Made by a program: the position numbers and the translations under genes
Notes under the pieces: generated by a model
Told to the model about the DNA's origin: nothing
Seen by the model: the letters and a program-made list of their open reading frames with translations, nothing else
The model's database searches: none
Shown here: positions 16,223-25,446 of the stretch, one piece after another
Numbering within the stretch: the first letter of the stretch is position 1
Layout of the letters: each line of letters starts with the position of its first letter
Assembly (NCBI GenBank): GCA_012964275.1
Contig: DTUG01000039.1
Span: forward strand, 3,779-56,452
DNA: 52,674 nucleotides
Source: Fidelibacterota bacterium
GTDB taxonomy: Bacteria; Fidelibacterota; Marinisomatia; Marinisomatales; UBA1611
Direction of reading: 5' to 3'

Positions 16223-16984
16223 TTGATGCGCTGCCTGGCTCAGCCCCGGACAGTTAATGGAAGATTCCTGTACCTGTCCCTGATCATTTATCTGTCATCA
16301 GCAATATCATTATTTGCTGCACCGTCCCAATCCAAACCATCCACGGCTGTGGCTCGAACCCTGCAGACCCGGAATTTTTCTGCAGACATGAAAACCGCTC
16401 TCAAGGCATCCATCAATGCCCTCCAAGACCTGGATTATACGATCGATGTACTAAATTCCGACGTGGGCCTGATTACCGCCAGCCGCACCACAGAAGAAAA
16501 AAAAGCAGCAGTCTCAAAGGATGGTGTGGAGTCCGGTCCTTCTCCCAAAATAGATGAAGCAGAAGCAGAAGCAAAACGGGATGCCTGTTTATCAGCTATT
16601 GGCGCAGCCATTGTTGTCGGAATCTTTGTCATTATCCTGGGTGCCTTATTTGGAAAATCGGATGATGATGATGATGATGATGAAAACTCTTCCGGTAAGT
16701 GGCGCGGCTCAAGTAGTAGTTCCAGCGGAGGCACCACTATTAATAAATACTATCCCAAAGATAGCGGACCAAAGGGCCCGCGCATCTACCGCTATAAGGT
16801 TACTGTAAACCTGGAAGAAAGAAACCAGCAGACCACAGGAATTCGGGTCAGCGCCAGCGGAGAATTAGAGCAGGACGGGAAGATACTGGAGTCCGGAGGA
16901 ATACACGAACCAGAATTCTTCAAAAGGTTCTTTGCCTCCATGAACAAATCACTGTTCCTAGATGAGAACCTGCCAACTGATTAA
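16223..16984 (+). CDS. membrane protein with an internal TM helix and poly-Asp/poly-Ser tract
   Basis: Signal-like N-terminus; internal helix AIGAAIVVGIFVIILGALFG followed by SDDDDDDDENSSGKWRGSSSSSSGG. Starts 2 nt after the previous gene. Confidence 0.55.
   Translation: MMRCLAQPRTVNGRFLYLSLIIYLSSAISLFAAPSQSKPSTAVARTLQTRNFSADMKTALKASINALQDLDYTIDVLNSDVGLITASRTTEEKKAAVSKDGVESGPSPKIDEAEAEAKRDACLSAIGAAIVVGIFVIILGALFGKSDDDDDDDENSSGKWRGSSSSSSGGTTINKYYPKDSGPKGPRIYRYKVTVNLEERNQQTTGIRVSASGELEQDGKILESGGIHEPEFFKRFFASMNKSLFLDENLPTD
16661..16681 (+). repeat. (GAT)7 trinucleotide repeat encoding poly-Asp
   Basis: gatgatgatgatgatgatgat read directly from the sequence, in frame within the 16223 CDS. Confidence 0.95.
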
Positions 16985-17027
16985 TAGGACAACGCGTTAA
17001 AACAATTATATAGCACAGTAAATAAAT

Positions 17028-17050
17028 AAGGGGCGGTACGCCCCTTATTT
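17028..17050. terminator. bidirectional rho-independent terminator between convergent genes
   Basis: AAGGGGCG-gta-CGCCCCTT is a perfect 8-bp GC-rich stem, flanked by A-rich (upstream) and T-rich (downstream) runs. It lies between stops at 16984 (+) and 17071 (-). Confidence 0.65.
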
Positions 17051-17070
17051 TATAATGATAATAATTCTAA

Positions 17071-17784
17071 CTAAAACCCAAGACCAATACGCAGATTAAG
17101 GCTGGGAAATCCTTTTTGCCCAGGAATTAAATCTTCAACAATGGTATACCGTGCTAATGCAATACAATCCAATACTAGGATTTTAAATTGCAGACCTGCC
17201 TGGATGTGAATACCAGATGCATCTATTTTATTATCAGTTAGATATTCTATTAATACATCTTCATCCAAGGCGCCATTTTCGATATCACCACCAGCCACGA
17301 CCGCTTCAAGCATTTCCTGATTAATCATAGGAATGGATGAATGCTGGTTTATGCCTGCCCCCGCTGTCAACTGGACTTTGGCTAAAATAGGGATAGATAA
17401 TTTGAACACTTTTGCGTACGCTGTGTAATAAGCTGACCCTGCCAAAAAGCCAAATACAGCACTATCTATTGATGTTATAGCATTTCCAAATGAAAAATAA
17501 TATGGACTAATGATGGAACTAACTTCCGCTTCTAATCCAATAAACGGAATGGCATCTACATATAAATAAAAGCCAACACCACCGCCGTTTTCAAAACCAT
17601 GATGAGTAAAACTTCCCACCTCGAGCGGGTCACCGCCTAAAGGATTGTCCACTAATAAAGGGCTTACGGATGGATCTACAATAAATTGGCTCGCATTACC
17701 ACTTATACCTAATCCTAAAATTGCAAACGCCGATACTGGCAAAAGACATATAAGACCAGAAATGATTGTTTTCTTCATGTTCAT
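17071..17784 (-). CDS. outer-membrane beta-barrel protein (unknown function)
   Basis: Signal peptide (LICLLPVSAFA), alternating Gly/aromatic strands, C-terminal beta-signal ...LRIGLGF. Confidence 0.55.
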   Translation of the reverse strand: MNMKKTIISGLICLLPVSAFAILGLGISGNASQFIVDPSVSPLLVDNPLGGDPLEVGSFTHHGFENGGGVGFYLYVDAIPFIGLEAEVSSIISPYYFSFGNAITSIDSAVFGFLAGSAYYTAYAKVFKLSIPILAKVQLTAGAGINQHSSIPMINQEMLEAVVAGGDIENGALDEDVLIEYLTDNKIDASGIHIQAGLQFKILVLDCIALARYTIVEDLIPGQKGFPSLNLRIGLGF

Positions 17785-17914
17785 ATTCTCCTCGATATTA
17801 GCGCAACAAAACCTAAAAGATTTTACACAGCTTAAACTAATAAATGAACATCTCTCTGTTTGTCATTGAAATCCCGCTTTTGTCCTGAATAAATTGCCCC
17901 CATACAATTATTCC

Positions 17915-20170
17915 ATGAACCACAGCCGATTTCTACTTTTCTTTCTGGCCACAGCCATTTTGCATCCCCAGGAGCTTAAATGGCCAACTGACGCAGGAAA
18001 TGCATACTCCTCCAATTTTGGCGAGTACCGGGACGACCATTTTCACATGGGTCTCGATATCAAAACCAACGGCAGGACGGGATATGAGGTATATGCGGTG
18101 GAAAACGGATTTATTTCCCGGATCGTATCCAGCTTCGACGGCTATGGCAAAGCTCTATACCTGAAAACCGTCAGCGGACACATTGCTGTCTACGCCCATC
18201 TGGACAGATTCACACCCGTGCTTGAAAAAGTCTTGAAGCTTCAGCAATCTCGCAACAAAAGCTATATGGTGAATGCCAATTTTTCATCCCGTGAATTCCA
18301 GGTTAAGAAAGGCGATGTCATCGCTTATACGGGAAATACCGGTTCTTCATTTGCTCCCCACTTGCACTTTGAACTTCGCAATAGCAGTGACGAACCGCTG
18401 GATCCTCTCAAGAATGGGTTCCTGCTGAAAGATCATGTGACCCCGATCCTCACTAAACTAGCTTTTGTTCCCTTGTCCAGAGATGCACTGGTCAATTCCA
18501 GCCCGCTGGTTCAAACCATCCCACTCTTTCGTGACAAAAGCGGTGTATATCTCTTTGCGGATACGCTAAGCACTATAGGGGACTTTGGCCTGGCCATTCA
18601 GGCTGTGGACAGGCGGGAAGGAGCCGAGAATGTGTATCAGTTCCATCGCGCTGAGCTTTTCTTGGATGGAAAATCAGTTTTTGAACTCATTTATGACCGC
18701 ATACCGTATACACAATCCGGCAGTGCTAAAACGCTGATACAATTTGAACTAAAACGGGGAAATCTGGGTGAGTTTCAGAAACTTTACCGGCTCCCGGAAC
18801 ATCCCCGCGTGGTTATTCACGGCACGGACAACACCGGCGTGCTGCGACTGGACCCTGGATACCATCGGGTTGAAATAAAAATCCGGGATGCAACTGGAAA
18901 TGAAGCTGTTGCCAGGGGCATTCTGGTAGGTGCTTTTCCCACGTCTCTCAGTGTCAAAGAGATACAGCGAGATGACAAAGTGATCACGCTGGAGATCAGC
19001 CCTAGACGGGGCGGTCTGCCAATACGGGATGCCATAATCTACAGTTTTACTCCCTTTGGATATCCCGATCTGAAAATTGAAAATCTCCATACCCAACGAG
19101 TAGAAAAAAACATCCATGTGTCACTATCTGTCAAAGATACCGAAAAAAGGATCATGCAGATTCTTGGTATTAATCAAATCGGGATTATGACCACACCGGT
19201 TCACTGGGCAAATTATAATACATCTGCCAGCGTGATCGATATTCATCCTGATCTGGAAATATCCCATACCGAGAGAGGTATTTTTTTCCAGGTTAAAATG
19301 GACCAGTATGTCCCAGCTAATGCCATCCTAAAATTATCCAATGATAATACGTTTCAATCCTATCCACTGAGCCAGATACAGCCGACGGTTTTTCTATCTG
19401 AAATGCTGCCGGTTCAATACTTGCGGAATATCAAATTTGTGGATGTTTCTCTATCATATAGTGGATATTCCCGGGATACACGCTTTAATTTTCAATCTTC
19501 CATTGCCGAACCCGGCATAAAAACTGTTATACTTTCCCAAGACCGAAACTGCTCTATTCGGACTGTGTCCAGTACTGTGTATGCTTCCACTGCGATCTGG
19601 ATTGATAAAGTAGATAAGCATGCTCCGGTCGATGAGGGTTATCACCTGTCTGCTGTGTACCAGCTACAACCTTTTAATCAAGCCTTGCAGGATTCCTTTT
19701 TAGTAGGACTGCGCTACGAGCGCCAATATTCCGGTCACAACAAAATGGGAATCTATTATTATGATCAGAAAGAGCAGCAATGGACCTACAGCCCAACAAA
19801 GAACAACCCTAAGCGACAAATCCTCACTTCTTCATTAAATCAGTTTGATGCAGTTACAATCATCCAGGACCTAGTGCCCCCAAAGATCTTAAAAACTTTC
19901 CCGGCCCATAGCGGGCATTATGAAGCAAAGGACATCAGTAAGATAAAAATTGATGTGGATGATAACCTTTCCGGAATTGATGCAAAGGAAGCATCTTTCT
20001 CCCTGATATTGGATGGAAAGTCGGTGTATTTTGCCTACCAACCAGTGATAAAGCAGCTTTCATACACGATGGACAGGGCACTTCAATCCGGCAACCATCA
20101 ATTCGAGGTGACCATTCGAGATCAGGTCGGCAATAAAGTCTCTAAGACAGTCTTATTTTCGGTTGACTAA
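17915..20170 (+). CDS. M23 family metallopeptidase with long C-terminal beta-rich extension
   Basis: HMGLDI...GNTGSSFAPHLHFELR (HxxxD and HxH M23 motifs). I prefer ATG 17915 (MNHSRFLLFFLATAIL, signal-like) over the track TTG at 17894. Confidence 0.85.
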   Translation: MNHSRFLLFFLATAILHPQELKWPTDAGNAYSSNFGEYRDDHFHMGLDIKTNGRTGYEVYAVENGFISRIVSSFDGYGKALYLKTVSGHIAVYAHLDRFTPVLEKVLKLQQSRNKSYMVNANFSSREFQVKKGDVIAYTGNTGSSFAPHLHFELRNSSDEPLDPLKNGFLLKDHVTPILTKLAFVPLSRDALVNSSPLVQTIPLFRDKSGVYLFADTLSTIGDFGLAIQAVDRREGAENVYQFHRAELFLDGKSVFELIYDRIPYTQSGSAKTLIQFELKRGNLGEFQKLYRLPEHPRVVIHGTDNTGVLRLDPGYHRVEIKIRDATGNEAVARGILVGAFPTSLSVKEIQRDDKVITLEISPRRGGLPIRDAIIYSFTPFGYPDLKIENLHTQRVEKNIHVSLSVKDTEKRIMQILGINQIGIMTTPVHWANYNTSASVIDIHPDLEISHTERGIFFQVKMDQYVPANAILKLSNDNTFQSYPLSQIQPTVFLSEMLPVQYLRNIKFVDVSLSYSGYSRDTRFNFQSSIAEPGIKTVILSQDRNCSIRTVSSTVYASTAIWIDKVDKHAPVDEGYHLSAVYQLQPFNQALQDSFLVGLRYERQYSGHNKMGIYYYDQKEQQWTYSPTKNNPKRQILTSSLNQFDAVTIIQDLVPPKILKTFPAHSGHYEAKDISKIKIDVDDNLSGIDAKEASFSLILDGKSVYFAYQPVIKQLSYTMDRALQSGNHQFEVTIRDQVGNKVSKTVLFSVD

Positions 20171-20814
20171 TGTTCTTCCCTTATAAAGATGATAATCCCA
20201 GGGTGCTGGTCCCCTATGTGAATTATGGCATCATCGGTTTAAATATTATCGTATTCACGGGTCAAACAATGCTTTCCTTACCTGATCCGAGAATCGGTGT
20301 AGCATTAATAAATGTGTTTGGTTTTATACCAGGACAATTCAATTTCTTGGACATATTAACATCTATGTTTATGCATGGTGGTTTATTCCATATAATGGGT
20401 AACATGTGGTTTCTTTGGATCTTTGGCGATAATGTTGAGAGCGCCTTGGGACATATTCGATACATTGGATTTTATTTATTTTGTGGTTTCGGTGCGGCTT
20501 TCGGCCAGTTCCTCATTGATCCATCATCACCAATCCCAATGGTTGGGGCCAGCGGAGCCATCGCCGGAGTGCTGGGAGCCTACATGCTTTTGTACCCGCG
20601 GGCTAAAGTACACGTACTTATTGTTTTTTTCTTGATTACAACAATTGCTGTTCCAGCTCAGATCGCGATAGGAGTATGGTTCCTGATACAACTGACTAAT
20701 GGTTTAGGATCGCTCGGCCTTAATACCGGTGGAGTGGCTTGGTTTGCCCATGTTGGCGGGTTTGCAGTTGGAGCCGCAACACAAAAGATATTTCGTACAT
20801 TTCGAATTGAATAA
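20170..20814 (+). CDS. rhomboid family intramembrane serine protease
   Basis: HGGLFHIMGNMWFLWIFG and GASGAIAGVLGAY (catalytic Ser), later AHVGG (catalytic His). TAATG overlap with the M23 gene. Confidence 0.9.
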   Translation: MFFPYKDDNPRVLVPYVNYGIIGLNIIVFTGQTMLSLPDPRIGVALINVFGFIPGQFNFLDILTSMFMHGGLFHIMGNMWFLWIFGDNVESALGHIRYIGFYLFCGFGAAFGQFLIDPSSPIPMVGASGAIAGVLGAYMLLYPRAKVHVLIVFFLITTIAVPAQIAIGVWFLIQLTNGLGSLGLNTGGVAWFAHVGGFAVGAATQKIFRTFRIE

Positions 20815-21200
20815 TGGTAAATGATCAATTAATTCAAACTGCCCTGCACATGAGGTCCAAATCTCGGGCATCTTACTCCAACTATACTGTTGGGGCTGCC
20901 GTAGAAACAGAAAACGGTGATATCGTTGGCGGATGCAACGTCGAAACCAGCAGCTATGGACTGACCTGTTGCGCTGAACGAGTGGCACTGTTTCGGGCTA
21001 TTTCAGAAGGGCATAATGCCTTTAAAGCCCTTTCTGTTGCCAGTGAAAATGGAGGCATGCCCTGTGGAGCTTGTCGGCAAGTGATCTGGGAATTGTGTGG
21101 GGATATCCCCGTTTACATCTGTGATTCCGGGGGACGCATTGAAAAAACAACCAGTGCAACATTATTACCTAATCCTTTCGATGAATCCCATTTGACATGA
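20814..21200 (+). CDS. cdd: cytidine deaminase (homotetrameric type)
   Basis: CAERVALF and PCGACRQVIWE zinc-ligand motifs; 128 aa. Confidence 0.9.
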   Translation: MVNDQLIQTALHMRSKSRASYSNYTVGAAVETENGDIVGGCNVETSSYGLTCCAERVALFRAISEGHNAFKALSVASENGGMPCGACRQVIWELCGDIPVYICDSGGRIEKTTSATLLPNPFDESHLT

Positions 21201-21817
21201 GTATGTCACCTATTCTAATTGGAATTGCCGGAGGCACAGGCTCGGGTAAAACATCTATTGCTAAACAACTGCTGAAGGAATATGGTGAAGGGGAAGTCGT
21301 AGTTCTAGAACAGGATGCCTATTATAATGACCTATCTCATTTGCAATTGGAAAACCGTCACCAACAAAATTTCGACCACCCCGATGCCATCGATATTGAA
21401 CTGTTTAATCATCAGCTTATTAAGCTGATGAAAGGTCAACCGGTTGATGTACCTGTCTATGATTTCACCACCCATTCCAGGAAAGATCAGATTCGTTCCA
21501 TTCAGCCGCACCATGTAATTGTCGTAGAAGGCATCTTGGCACTGCATTATCCAGTGTTGCGGGAATTGATGGACATTAAAATTTTTGTGGATACACCCGA
21601 TGATATCCGCTTCATTCGGCGAATCACCCGAGATGTAGAAGACCGGGGCCGCACTGTTCAATCAGTGATTAATCAATATCTGAACACTGTTCGTCCAATG
21701 CATCAACAATTTGTTGAGCCGTCCAAATATTTTTCCGATATTATCATCCCCGAAGGGGGTCAAAATAAAGTCGCTATAGATTTATTAAGGACCAAAATCG
21801 ACGCTATACTATACTGA
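21197..21817 (+). CDS. udk: uridine kinase
   Basis: IGIAGGTGSGKTSIA P-loop, NFDHPDAID, PVYDFTTHSR. Confidence 0.92.
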   Translation: MSMSPILIGIAGGTGSGKTSIAKQLLKEYGEGEVVVLEQDAYYNDLSHLQLENRHQQNFDHPDAIDIELFNHQLIKLMKGQPVDVPVYDFTTHSRKDQIRSIQPHHVIVVEGILALHYPVLRELMDIKIFVDTPDDIRFIRRITRDVEDRGRTVQSVINQYLNTVRPMHQQFVEPSKYFSDIIIPEGGQNKVAIDLLRTKIDAILY

Positions 21818-21850
21818 TTTCATTTCCCACACCACAGAAAATGACCACAA

Positions 21851-22411
21851 ATGACACTAACACCCAGTGATACAGGATGGATTGAGGTAATATGCGGCAG
21901 TATGTTCAGCGGTAAAACCGAGGAACTGATTCGTCGTCTACGCCGGGCGGAGATTGCCAAAATGAATGTGATTATTATTAAACCCCGATTAGATGACCGG
22001 TACAGTTCCAGACATGTGGTTTCCCATAATCAATCCAAACTGGAGTCTATCCCCGTCAAAGATTCATCAGAAATTATAAATCAATCCAAGGATGCAGACG
22101 TTGTTGGAATCGATGAAGCCCAATTTTTCGATGATAATATCCTAGATGTATGCAAAACACTAGCTCAAAATAACAAACGCATCATTGTGGCTGGCCTAGA
22201 TACAGATTACCGCGGGCTACCATTTGGCCCCATGCCCCAACTCATGTGTGAAGCGGATTATTTGGATAAATTGCGTGCCATTTGTATCCAATGTGGAAAT
22301 CCAGCTTCTTATACTCAAAGGTTAACTAAAGATTCCGCCCAAGTGGTGATTGGGGAAACGGATATATACGAAGCACGCTGCAGAAACTGTTTTGAAACAC
22401 CGATTGAATAA
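21851..22411 (+). CDS. tdk: thymidine kinase
   Basis: GSMFSGKTEELIRR P-loop, VIGIDEAQFF, C-terminal Cys pairs (CIQCG...CRNC). Confidence 0.92.
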   Translation: MTLTPSDTGWIEVICGSMFSGKTEELIRRLRRAEIAKMNVIIIKPRLDDRYSSRHVVSHNQSKLESIPVKDSSEIINQSKDADVVGIDEAQFFDDNILDVCKTLAQNNKRIIVAGLDTDYRGLPFGPMPQLMCEADYLDKLRAICIQCGNPASYTQRLTKDSAQVVIGETDIYEARCRNCFETPIE

Positions 22412-23629
22412 ATGGAACGGCTGATTGGTATATTAGGGATTATAGTTTTATTGGGGATTGCTTTGGCCATGTCCAACAACCGCAACTCAATTCCCTGGCG
22501 ATTGGTAACTTGGGGGCTTGGCTTGCAATTCCTATTTGCCATTTTTATCCTAAAAACACCTATGGGACAACCCTTTTTTGGAGCGGTAGATACCGTGTTT
22601 AAAAAATTGCTTAGTTTTTCTGATGCGGGCAGCGATTTCCTTTTTAAATCATTTAGTGCAGGCGTTGTAGAAGCGCCGTTGATGAATTTTGCTTTTCGGA
22701 TTCTGCCGACCCTAATCTTCTTTTCTTCCCTAATTACAGTGTTTTACCATCTCGGCATTATGCAGTTCATTGTAAAATGGATTGCCCGCGCCATGCAGAA
22801 AACAATGGGAACCAGCGGTTCGGAAACCCTCAGTGTTTCAGCAAATATTTTTGTGGGCCAAACGGAAGCACCGCTCATGGTGCGGCCTTTTGTTTCCAAG
22901 ATGACAAAGTCAGAATTAATGGCGATGATGGTTGGTGGTTTTGCAACCGTGGCTGGGGGTGTTATGGCTATTTATGTGAAAATGCTGGAAGATATCCCTG
23001 GGATTGCCGGTCACATGATGGCAGCATCCATTATGAGCGCGCCGGCTGCTCTGGTTATCGCAAAAATTATTTATCCGGAAACAGAATCATCGGAGACCAT
23101 GGGTGAATTGAATATAACGCTGGAAAAAAAAGATGACAATGTGATGGAGGCGCTTTCCCGTGGGGCCACCGATGGAATGAAATTGGCAGCAAATGTAGGT
23201 GCGATGCTGGTTGCTTTTGTGGCCATGATTGCCTTGGTAAACGGAATCCTTGGATTAATGGATCTTAGTCTACAGCAAATCCTGGGATGGATATTTAGTC
23301 CGCTTGCGTGGACAATGGGTGTTCCCTGGAGTGAGGCAGGAACGATCGGAACCCTTATGGGTGAAAAACTGGTGTTGACCGAACTTATTGCCTATGGTGA
23401 TCTGGCAGAATTACGGAGCACAAATTCTATTTCGGATCGATCAGCCATCATCGCCAGTTACGCCTTATGTGGGTTTGCTAATTTTGCGTCAGTAGGTATT
23501 CAGCTTGGGGGGATTGGCGGCATTGCACCTGAAAGGCGCAAAGATCTTTCAAAATTAGCTATGAAAGCTATGATTGGCGGTGCTTTAGCTTCCTGGTTAA
23601 CAGCCACACTTGCTGGGATATTAATTTGA
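22412..23629 (+). CDS. nupC: NupC/CNT family concentrative nucleoside transporter
   Basis: Polytopic 405-aa protein with GSETLSVSANIFVGQTEAPLMVRPF and C-terminal LCGFANFASVGIQLGG, typical of CNT. Confidence 0.9.
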   Translation: MERLIGILGIIVLLGIALAMSNNRNSIPWRLVTWGLGLQFLFAIFILKTPMGQPFFGAVDTVFKKLLSFSDAGSDFLFKSFSAGVVEAPLMNFAFRILPTLIFFSSLITVFYHLGIMQFIVKWIARAMQKTMGTSGSETLSVSANIFVGQTEAPLMVRPFVSKMTKSELMAMMVGGFATVAGGVMAIYVKMLEDIPGIAGHMMAASIMSAPAALVIAKIIYPETESSETMGELNITLEKKDDNVMEALSRGATDGMKLAANVGAMLVAFVAMIALVNGILGLMDLSLQQILGWIFSPLAWTMGVPWSEAGTIGTLMGEKLVLTELIAYGDLAELRSTNSISDRSAIIASYALCGFANFASVGIQLGGIGGIAPERRKDLSKLAMKAMIGGALASWLTATLAGILI

Positions 23630-23636
23630 AATATCT

Positions 23637-24197
23637 ATGAAGCTATTGATCATGGGTCCTCCGGGTGTTGGGAAGGGGACACAAGCTGACCGCATTAAGA
23701 AAAAACTGAATATTATCCACCTTTCTACCGGCAATATTCTCCGGGGTGAAATAGAAACTGAATCAGATGTGGGTCTGAAAGCAAAAACATTTATGAATAA
23801 AGGAAAATTGGTCCCTGATGAAGTGTTACTGGATATTATTCGTTATCGCATATCGCGGCCAGATTGTCAATACGGATATCTATTGGATGGATTTCCCCGC
23901 ACGCTGCCGCAGGCAGAGGGGTTGAACGTCATCATGAATGATATCGATCATGAACTTGATGCTGCCATCAGTCTGACCGCTGATGAAAATGAATTGGTAA
24001 GGCGGTTGGTTCTACGCGGAAAAGAGTCAGGCCGGAGCGATGATAACCCGGAGGTAGTACGGAAGCGTCAACAGGTTTATTGGCAACAAACTGCCCCATT
24101 AATAGATTATTATAAAAAAGAGGGCCTTCTAAAGGAGGTGAATGGTCTGGGAACCATCCCGGAAATCACAAAGCGCATTATGGAAGCATTGGTATAA
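23637..24197 (+). CDS. adk: adenylate-kinase-family NMP kinase, short (LID-less) form
   Basis: GPPGVGKGTQ P-loop, LLDGFPRT, and a short LID RGKESGRSDDN instead of the ~27-aa bacterial LID insert; 186 aa. Confidence 0.85.
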   Translation: MKLLIMGPPGVGKGTQADRIKKKLNIIHLSTGNILRGEIETESDVGLKAKTFMNKGKLVPDEVLLDIIRYRISRPDCQYGYLLDGFPRTLPQAEGLNVIMNDIDHELDAAISLTADENELVRRLVLRGKESGRSDDNPEVVRKRQQVYWQQTAPLIDYYKKEGLLKEVNGLGTIPEITKRIMEALV

Positions 24198-24198
24198 T

Positions 24199-24792
24199 AT
24201 GCTAAGAGTTGGATTAACCGGCGGAATAGGATCTGGAAAAAGTGAAGTAAGCCGCTTTTTCAAGCAATGGGGTGCTTACATTTTCAACGCTGATAAGGAA
24301 GCTAAGAATATCATCGATACCAATGAAACTGCCCAGAATGATATCATTGCAGAATTTGGGACGGATATACTGGACGCTGATAATAAAATCAACAAGCAAA
24401 AACTAGCCCGGGTAGCCTTCCATGATGAAGATAATCAGCTACTGTTGAACAGTATCGTACACCCCCATGTTTTTCGTGAAATTGATAAGCAATTCGGTGA
24501 TGTGTCTATTAAAGATAAACATAAGATTTTTGTGCTGGATGCTGCTCTTATATATGAATCCGGTGCAGATACTCACATGGATTATGTAATCGTTGTGACA
24601 TCATTATTACGCTTTCGGACTGAACGGGCCATGAGCCGCGGGAATATGACCCGAGAAGATTTCATGAAGCGGCTGGATCTGCAATGGCCGGACGAAGATA
24701 AGGTTCACATGGCTGATTTTATAATCCCAAACAACAGCAGTGTGGAAGATCTGGAGAAAGAGGCCCGGGAAATATTTGATAAGTTGATCTAA
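24199..24792 (+). CDS. coaE: dephospho-CoA kinase
   Basis: MLRVGLTGGIGSGKSEV P-loop at the ATG 24199 start. The track start at 24142 would overlap adk by 56 nt. Confidence 0.9.
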   Translation: MLRVGLTGGIGSGKSEVSRFFKQWGAYIFNADKEAKNIIDTNETAQNDIIAEFGTDILDADNKINKQKLARVAFHDEDNQLLLNSIVHPHVFREIDKQFGDVSIKDKHKIFVLDAALIYESGADTHMDYVIVVTSLLRFRTERAMSRGNMTREDFMKRLDLQWPDEDKVHMADFIIPNNSSVEDLEKEAREIFDKLI

Positions 24793-24799
24793 TTAAATT

Positions 24800-25411
24800 C
24801 TAGCGTATTTTACGTCTCAATGATCTGGGTTTGTCCAGTATCTCTTTAATTATAATAGCATCCTTTAAAGTTCCTGGATTATTCAGCATCCGCACTGCAT
24901 TAATAGATGTAGATACGGAATGTGTAGGTTGTGATTTGTGACGTGATGCAAGTCTAGATTCAAGGATATGATCTTTGAATGATTCTATTTCTTCCGTGAT
25001 CGTTTCTAACTCATCCAGTCTATCGATATTCTCCGCGTAATCAGTATCATCTGCATCTTCCATGGCAACAGCAGGCTGACTATCCAAGTATTCTTTTTTC
25101 TCTTGCGGGATAGGCTCTTCCGGTTTTTCATCCTCATCCATCAAACCCTTACGTTTCAGAAATTCATCAAGCACACCAAATCCAGAAGCCGGTGGCGTAT
25201 CCGTATCCCAATCTTCCTGGCTTTCAGTCTCTTTTGTCGATTTAGCCTGCGGTTTCAGAAATTCATCAAGCACACCAAATCTAGAAGCCGGTGGTGTTTC
25301 CGTATCCCAATCTTCCTGGCTTTCAATCTCTTTTCTTGATTTGGCCTGGTGTTTTTTCTTCATCCAGCCAAACAGCAGGTAAAGCAATATTAGAAAGATC
25401 CAGTTTCCCAT
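24800..25411 (-). CDS. single-pass membrane protein with two tandem 33-aa acidic repeats (third gene of the nfeD-floA unit)
   Basis: N-terminal helix WIFLILLYLLFGW, then KSRKEIESQEDWDTETPPASRFGVLDEFLKPQA / KSTKETESQEDWDTDTPPASGFGVLDEFLKRKG. Starts 35 nt downstream of the floA stop on the same strand. Confidence 0.6.
   Translation of the reverse strand: MGNWIFLILLYLLFGWMKKKHQAKSRKEIESQEDWDTETPPASRFGVLDEFLKPQAKSTKETESQEDWDTDTPPASGFGVLDEFLKRKGLMDEDEKPEEPIPQEKKEYLDSQPAVAMEDADDTDYAENIDRLDELETITEEIESFKDHILESRLASRHKSQPTHSVSTSINAVRMLNNPGTLKDAIIIKEILDKPRSLRRKIR
25154..25351. repeat. 2 x 99-nt tandem direct repeat inside the 24800 CDS
   Basis: Copy 1 (25154-25252) and copy 2 (25253-25351) both begin tttcagaaattcatcaagcacaccaaatc. 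They are roughly nine-tenths identical by eye, and the period is divisible by 3. Confidence 0.9.
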
Positions 25412-25446
25412 TAGATTATAATATCTGACTTGGCATTTAATAGTTG

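Noticed and set aside
16661-16681. (GAT)7 as a phase-variation switch.
   Set aside because: A trinucleotide unit keeps the reading frame, so slippage would change poly-Asp length and not switch expression on or off. It is retained only as a possible length polymorphism.
24142-24198. Longer coaE model overlapping adk by 56 nt.
   Set aside because: The P-loop GLTGGIGSGKS lies only a few residues after ATG 24199 (MLRVGLTGG...), as in other CoaE proteins, and the extension simply reads through the adk 3' end in another frame.
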